DNA of 22,842 nucleotides. Origin: a virus. The position numbers were made by a program, and so were the translations under genes. The stretch lies in UHGV virus genome UHGV-1660455; one strand, given 5' to 3'. Below, in pieces: positions 19,512 through 22,842 of the stretch (its first letter is position 1; every line of letters begins with the position of its first letter). A model generated the notes under the pieces. It saw only the letters and a list, made by a program, of their open reading frames with translations, made no database searches and was not told the origin of the DNA.

Positions 19512-20186
19512 TCATCGACGGCACTGCTGCCAGATAACACCACCGGGGAGACATTCCATCATGATGGCCGTGCGGACATAGGAAGCCAGTTCATCCATCG
19601 CTTTCTTGTCTGCTGCCATTTGCTTTGCAACATCCAGATCCGCACATTCAGCAGTATTTTTCAGCGCGTTATCAAGCACCGCTTCGAGATTGGTATCAAC
19701 GCCAGAGTTAACTTCAAATTTGTCGGCGCTGATGGTTACCTTGTTCTGTACTGGCTCATCACGCAGGATACCAAGGCTGATGTTGTAGACTTTGGTCACC
19801 GACTGAGGCTTTTCTAATTCGGCGGCGCGGATAGAACCACCAGCGATATTGGCTTCCTTGATGAATACCTCACCGTTCTTCACAACAAATGGTGAGGTAT
19901 CAATCTCAACGCCAAGCGTCATCGAAGCGCAATATTGCTGCTTACCAAAACGCGTATTGACCAGGTGTTCAACGGCAAATTTCTGCCCTTCTGATGTCAG
20001 AAAGGTAAAGTGATTTTCTTTCTGGTATTCGGTTGCTGTATGTCTGGTTTCAGCAAAGCCAAACTCGCGCAATTCAGCGGCACCAGATTTAGACGGCAGG
20101 TCACCTGACAGCAACGCGCCACGGAAAAAGAGCGAATACAGAACATCCGTCGCCGCACCGGATAACGTAATGATTTTCTGACCCAT
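19512..20186 (-). CDS. Conserved lambdoid-phage protein of unknown function, encoded just upstream of cos
   Basis: 224-aa ORF with an AAAGGAAA ribosome-binding site. It resembles proteins found at the right end of lambdoid genomes, but my recollection of the exact family is uncertain. Confidence 0.6.
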   Translation of the reverse strand: MGQKIITLSGAATDVLYSLFFRGALLSGDLPSKSGAAELREFGFAETRHTATEYQKENHFTFLTSEGQKFAVEHLVNTRFGKQQYCASMTLGVEIDTSPFVVKNGEVFIKEANIAGGSIRAAELEKPQSVTKVYNISLGILRDEPVQNKVTISADKFEVNSGVDTNLEAVLDNALKNTAECADLDVAKQMAADKKAMDELASYVRTAIMMECLPGGVIWQQCRR

Positions 20187-20446
20187 TATTTATTTCCTTT
20201 TAGGCGTGAGCCTGTCGCACGGCAAAGCCGCCGAAAGTTAACGGTTTGCCCAGGCTCACAGCTGAAAGACTTTCTTTGATGTGCGCGTGCGATGCGCATA
20301 AATGCCGCGCGATGCGGTTACTGTCTGAATATCAGGGTATTACTTCGTTTTAACCCCGGGTAAGGTAAGCATTCAGCCCGTCAGTGGTGGGACACTGATT
20401 CACGCAAAGAGGAGGAATGGCTGAATAACTCTTCGAAGGAAAAAGG

Positions 20447-20911
20447 ATGATCACCAAAGTAAAAATCAAGTTTATTTCCCCTATTGATGGATCGGTATCA
20501 GATACCCCCACGGAGCATGCAATTCCCGTAGTTCCATTGACAGTATGGCCAAGTAGCTCAAAAGATATAAACGTTTATAAACCAAATGGATTGAAGGCTG
20601 GTGCCTACGCACTTATAGATACCGGAGCAGATCTTTGCTATGTGGATTCAGACTTTGCTGACGATTTAAAACTCCCAATCGCGGAAAAAACAACTGTGAG
20701 CGGAGCCACCTCAACAATAGAAACTACAGTTCGGCATGCGGTAATATCGTTCACTGAGGACGAAAGAGTTTTTTCAACAGAATTGACTTCAGTGCCATTG
20801 GTAAGTAACGGGAGAAAATTCCAAGTCGTTTTCGGAATGCAACTAATTAAAATGGGCGCCCTTACGATGGATTTTTCCAATCAAGTATTTGAGTTAACAT
20901 TTTTTAACTAA
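20447..20911 (+). CDS. Retropepsin-like (clan AA) aspartic protease, 154 aa; AT-rich moron gene on the strand opposite the late operon
   Basis: ORF with a good Shine-Dalgarno (AAGGAAAAAGG-ATG) and the canonical aspartic-protease signature hydrophobic-hydrophobic-D-T-G-A (..YALIDTGADLCYVD..). Markedly lower GC than the flanking phage genes. Confidence 0.75.
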   Translation: MITKVKIKFISPIDGSVSDTPTEHAIPVVPLTVWPSSSKDINVYKPNGLKAGAYALIDTGADLCYVDSDFADDLKLPIAEKTTVSGATSTIETTVRHAVISFTEDERVFSTELTSVPLVSNGRKFQVVFGMQLIKMGALTMDFSNQVFELTFFN

Positions 20912-21055
20912 CCCCCCAGGGATACCTCCCTCTTTTGCAAGACTGGATAAGGGCATTGCTTTTGCTGTTTTCCTAGAATCGGTACCAGAATTGAGTTGCG
21001 ATTTAATGTCTTTTAATTCGCTCTCAATTCTCTTTACACGTTCAGCTAAAGTCAT
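20894..21055 (-). CDS. Small hypothetical protein (53 aa, N-terminal predicted helix ERVKRIESELKDIKSQL), convergent with and overlapping the 3' end of the protease gene
   Basis: Hand-translated; absent from the ORF track because it is under 60 aa. Strong ribosome-binding site (AAGAGG, 6 nt before the ATG). Same low-GC module. Confidence 0.35.
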   Translation of the reverse strand: MTLAERVKRIESELKDIKSQLNSGTDSRKTAKAMPLSSLAKEGGIPGGLVKKC

Positions 21056-21176
21056 GATTGCCTCTTAATAATCGCTTAACATCTACAAAGCCTTCCCGAA
21101 GACAATACATACCATTATCAAGCCCACCAGCAGGTGAGCTTTGTAATGGAAAGCCGTTGTGAAAGTGGCTCTCAAA

Positions 21177-21194
21177 AACCACAGATTTGTGGTT
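21177..21194 (-). terminator. Weak hairpin (AACCACA-GATT-TGTGGTT) with a U-run on the minus-strand RNA, at the 3' end of the Rha-like gene
   Basis: 7-bp inverted repeat overlapping the stop codon by 2 nt; followed on the minus-strand RNA by UUUUGAG. Confidence 0.35.
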
Positions 21195-21879
21195 ATGCGG
21201 CCAAGCGGTGCTGCTCTTCGATAAGTGGCTGGCGGTGATTACGCTCGAACATGCCGCGCAGCACTTCTTTGCGTTGTTCGAAGTCCCACCCCATGCTGAT
21301 GAATACCGTGTTGGCGCGCTGTAGCTCGGTGATGCAGTGAATTTGTTCCGGCGTCAGGTAATCGCGGATCGGCTCTTTCTTCCCGATTTCGTGATGCACG
21401 CGGAACTTGGCCGCCGTCATGCCCAGCGCCAGTCGGTTAATCAGGTCAGCTTCGTTGCTGAAGTGATGCGGGGCGATCTGCTTACCCTGCGCCTCACGCT
21501 CATGCTTGATGGCATCGGTCATAGGCTTGTACTCCAGACGCGCCGAGTTGCGATCCATCTTCTTCTTCGCCAGCGCGCTGCGCATAGTGAAGAATTCATA
21601 TACCAAGCGCTTTTTGAATTCACGCACAACTTCATTGTTTCGCATGTAGGTGATCAACAGCGTGGTTTGCTGTTCGTTTAGCAGTGCTATTTCCTGCTTC
21701 TGCATGCCCCCATCCGTTTGAAAGGGTCGCATTTCAAATTCCACCCTTCCGAATTCTTCGAGGTCGCTTTTGTACTTCCTGATGAGTTGAATCACTGGCT
21801 TGTGATCCTTCATAACACCACTGGCGATCACTGCCGAGTTGGTGACCAGGTCTAGCTTCTTGATTTCTACTAATTGCAT
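21193..21879 (-). CDS. rha: Phage regulatory protein of the Rha family (antirepressor-like)
   Basis: The N-terminus ..LVTNSAVIASGVMKDHKPVIQLIRK.. fits the Rha-domain pattern (T.SS..IA...GK.H..V.R.IR). The tracked ORF runs to 21963, but the Met at 21879 has a plausible ribosome-binding site and begins the conserved domain. Confidence 0.7.
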   Translation of the reverse strand: MQLVEIKKLDLVTNSAVIASGVMKDHKPVIQLIRKYKSDLEEFGRVEFEMRPFQTDGGMQKQEIALLNEQQTTLLITYMRNNEVVREFKKRLVYEFFTMRSALAKKKMDRNSARLEYKPMTDAIKHEREAQGKQIAPHHFSNEADLINRLALGMTAAKFRVHHEIGKKEPIRDYLTPEQIHCITELQRANTVFISMGWDFEQRKEVLRGMFERNHRQPLIEEQHRLAA

Positions 21880-22032
21880 GGCGTGTACCTTTCTTTGAGA
21901 TGAACCTTTGCCGCACAGGAAATCAGCCCGTCGAGGCTCGCCAGCACTAACTGACTTCCTCAAAGGCTCATTTCAAAGGGTATGGTTCGACGTGGGTTGA
22001 ATGCGCTGCGGTGCGCGGTGAAATTCTGGCAT

Positions 22033-22057
22033 AAAAAAGCCCGACCGAAGTCAGGCT
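22033..22057 (-). terminator. Intrinsic terminator after Rz/Rz1 (stem AGCCUGAC / GUCGGGCU, UUCG loop, then UUUUUUAU on the minus-strand RNA)
   Basis: 8-bp stem with one G-U pair and a UUCG tetraloop followed by a U6 run; lies 20 nt beyond the Rz stop. Confidence 0.65.
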
Positions 22058-22076
22058 CTGTTATTTGGGTAACGAA

Positions 22077-22535
22077 TCATTTAAGACACTGCTCTTTGAT
22101 GTATTCCTGCAAATATCCAACCTGTTTCGTCACTGTGACGATTCGCTCTCTGAGGGTGAAATAATCCCGTTCAGCGGAGTCAGTAAGTCGGGGGCCGGTA
22201 ACATCGCCCAGGCCGCCGGTGCTGGTCGTTCCGTTCGCGGGACAGTTTGCGTTGAGCTGCAGCCGCTTACGGCCAGCAATGACATCGCTATGCAGACGCT
22301 CAATGGTTTCTTTCGCATCAGCCAGTTCTCCGGTGTATTTGGCATCCAGTGCAGCGACATCACGCTGGCGGGTCTGCATGTCTTTAATGGTGGCGGTCGC
22401 CAGGAGGAGTTTCTCAGTGGCCTTATCGCGCTGGTCTCTGTAAGTGATGGCGTTGTCGCGGTAGTGGTTCACGAAGAAATTAACGCCAGCACCAGCAACT
22501 GCAGCCAGTAACGCTTAACCAGTGCGCTAATCATG
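22077..22535 (-). CDS. Rz: Rz inner-membrane spanin subunit (i-spanin); the N-terminal transmembrane region appears interrupted by a frameshift
   Basis: The ..[28 protein letters not shown].. periplasmic domain is lambda Rz-like. The ATG at 22533-22535 overlaps the lysozyme stop but is in a different frame from the body of the gene. Confidence 0.85.
22130..22318 (-). CDS. Rz1: Rz1 outer-membrane lipoprotein spanin subunit (o-spanin), embedded in the +1 frame of Rz
   Basis: Lipobox LLAVSG|C followed by a Pro-rich segment ..[26 protein letters not shown].., closely resembling lambda Rz1; wholly nested inside Rz. Confidence 0.85.
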   Translation of the reverse strand: MRKKPLSVCIAMSLLAVSGCSSTQTVPRTERPAPAAWAMLPAPDLLTPLNGIISPSESESSQ

Positions 22536-22842
22536 ACAGGAACAGAGCTCGCTCTGCCTTGCGGCGATTCGTGAGCCCCGGCATCACCTTTCCGCCTGAT
22601 TTATTCCAGCGCAGAAATTCATCTGCCGCGCCTTTTATATCGCCAGCATTCAGCTTTTTCAGCAGTGTAGATGTGGAAAGAGCACGCGACCCAACGTTGT
22701 AAGCGAACGACACCAGTGCGTCGAACTGGCCTTGTGTCAGCTTCACCCTGACAACTTTCAGCACGTCATTCTCATAACCAACAAGCCCTGTTTTCAGAAG
22801 CCTGTCAGCGGTTTGCTGGTCGATAGTCATACCGCGCTTTAC
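22531..22842 (-). CDS. Endolysin, P22 gp19 / T4 lysozyme-like (GH24 family); 3' part only, the 5' end lies beyond the window
   Basis: The C-terminus ...[11 protein letters not shown] and preceding ..QGQFDALVSFAYNVG.. match P22-type lysozymes, not the lambda R transglycosylase. The frame is open to the window edge. Confidence 0.85.
   Translation of the reverse strand, partial: VKRGMTIDQQTADRLLKTGLVGYENDVLKVVRVKLTQGQFDALVSFAYNVGSRALSTSTLLKKLNAGDIKGAADEFLRWNKSGGKVMPGLTNRRKAERALFLS

Noticed and set aside
19221-19543. Minus-strand ORFs of 87 and 61 aa spanning the cos region
   Set aside because: They overlap cosB/cosN/cosQ, which aligns to non-coding lambda cos sequence; AT-rich, no ribosome-binding site, low-complexity translation.
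21880-21963. 28-codon N-terminal extension of the Rha-like ORF (MRKSVSAGEPRRADFLCGKGSSQRKVHA)
   Set aside because: No ribosome-binding site at the upstream ATG and the extension is not part of the Rha domain; the Met at 21879 with an AAAGG motif upstream is the more likely start.
1-22842. Integrase, transposase, IS element, tRNA, rRNA or toxin genes anywhere in the window
   Set aside because: No ORF has recombinase or transposase motifs, no terminal inverted repeats flank any segment, and no cloverleaf-like or rRNA-like sequence was seen; the window is filled by late phage genes plus the single moron.

Overview
The window is essentially the complete late (morphogenesis) region of a lambda-like siphovirus or prophage, all on the minus strand and in exact lambda gene order. 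Reading from high to low coordinates: the 3' end of a P22-type lysozyme, Rz/Rz1 spanins, a small accessory (moron) region, the cos site, then Nu1-A-W-B-C-D-E-FI-FII-Z-U-V-G/T-H-M-L-K-I-J. Gene identities come from recognising the translated ORFs as lambda-family homologues by eye; no database search was run. Composition is GC-rich for a lambdoid phage, except three AT-rich patches: the cos region, the moron module at about 20.4-21.1 kb, and the 3' end of J. The most interesting points are (1) an AT-rich moron encoding a retropepsin-like aspartic protease on the opposite strand, with a convergent overlapping small ORF and a Rha-family regulator, sitting between the lysis genes and cos; (2) apparent single-nucleotide frameshifts at the 5' ends of both C (head protease/scaffold) and Rz, suggesting prophage decay or homopolymer sequencing errors; (3) a mosaic J tail-tip protein with a long coiled-coil insertion and a non-lambda C-terminal domain; (4) a variant cosN sequence; and (5) hairpin plus U-run elements inside the late operon. 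No tRNA, rRNA, CRISPR array, integrase or transposase was seen.
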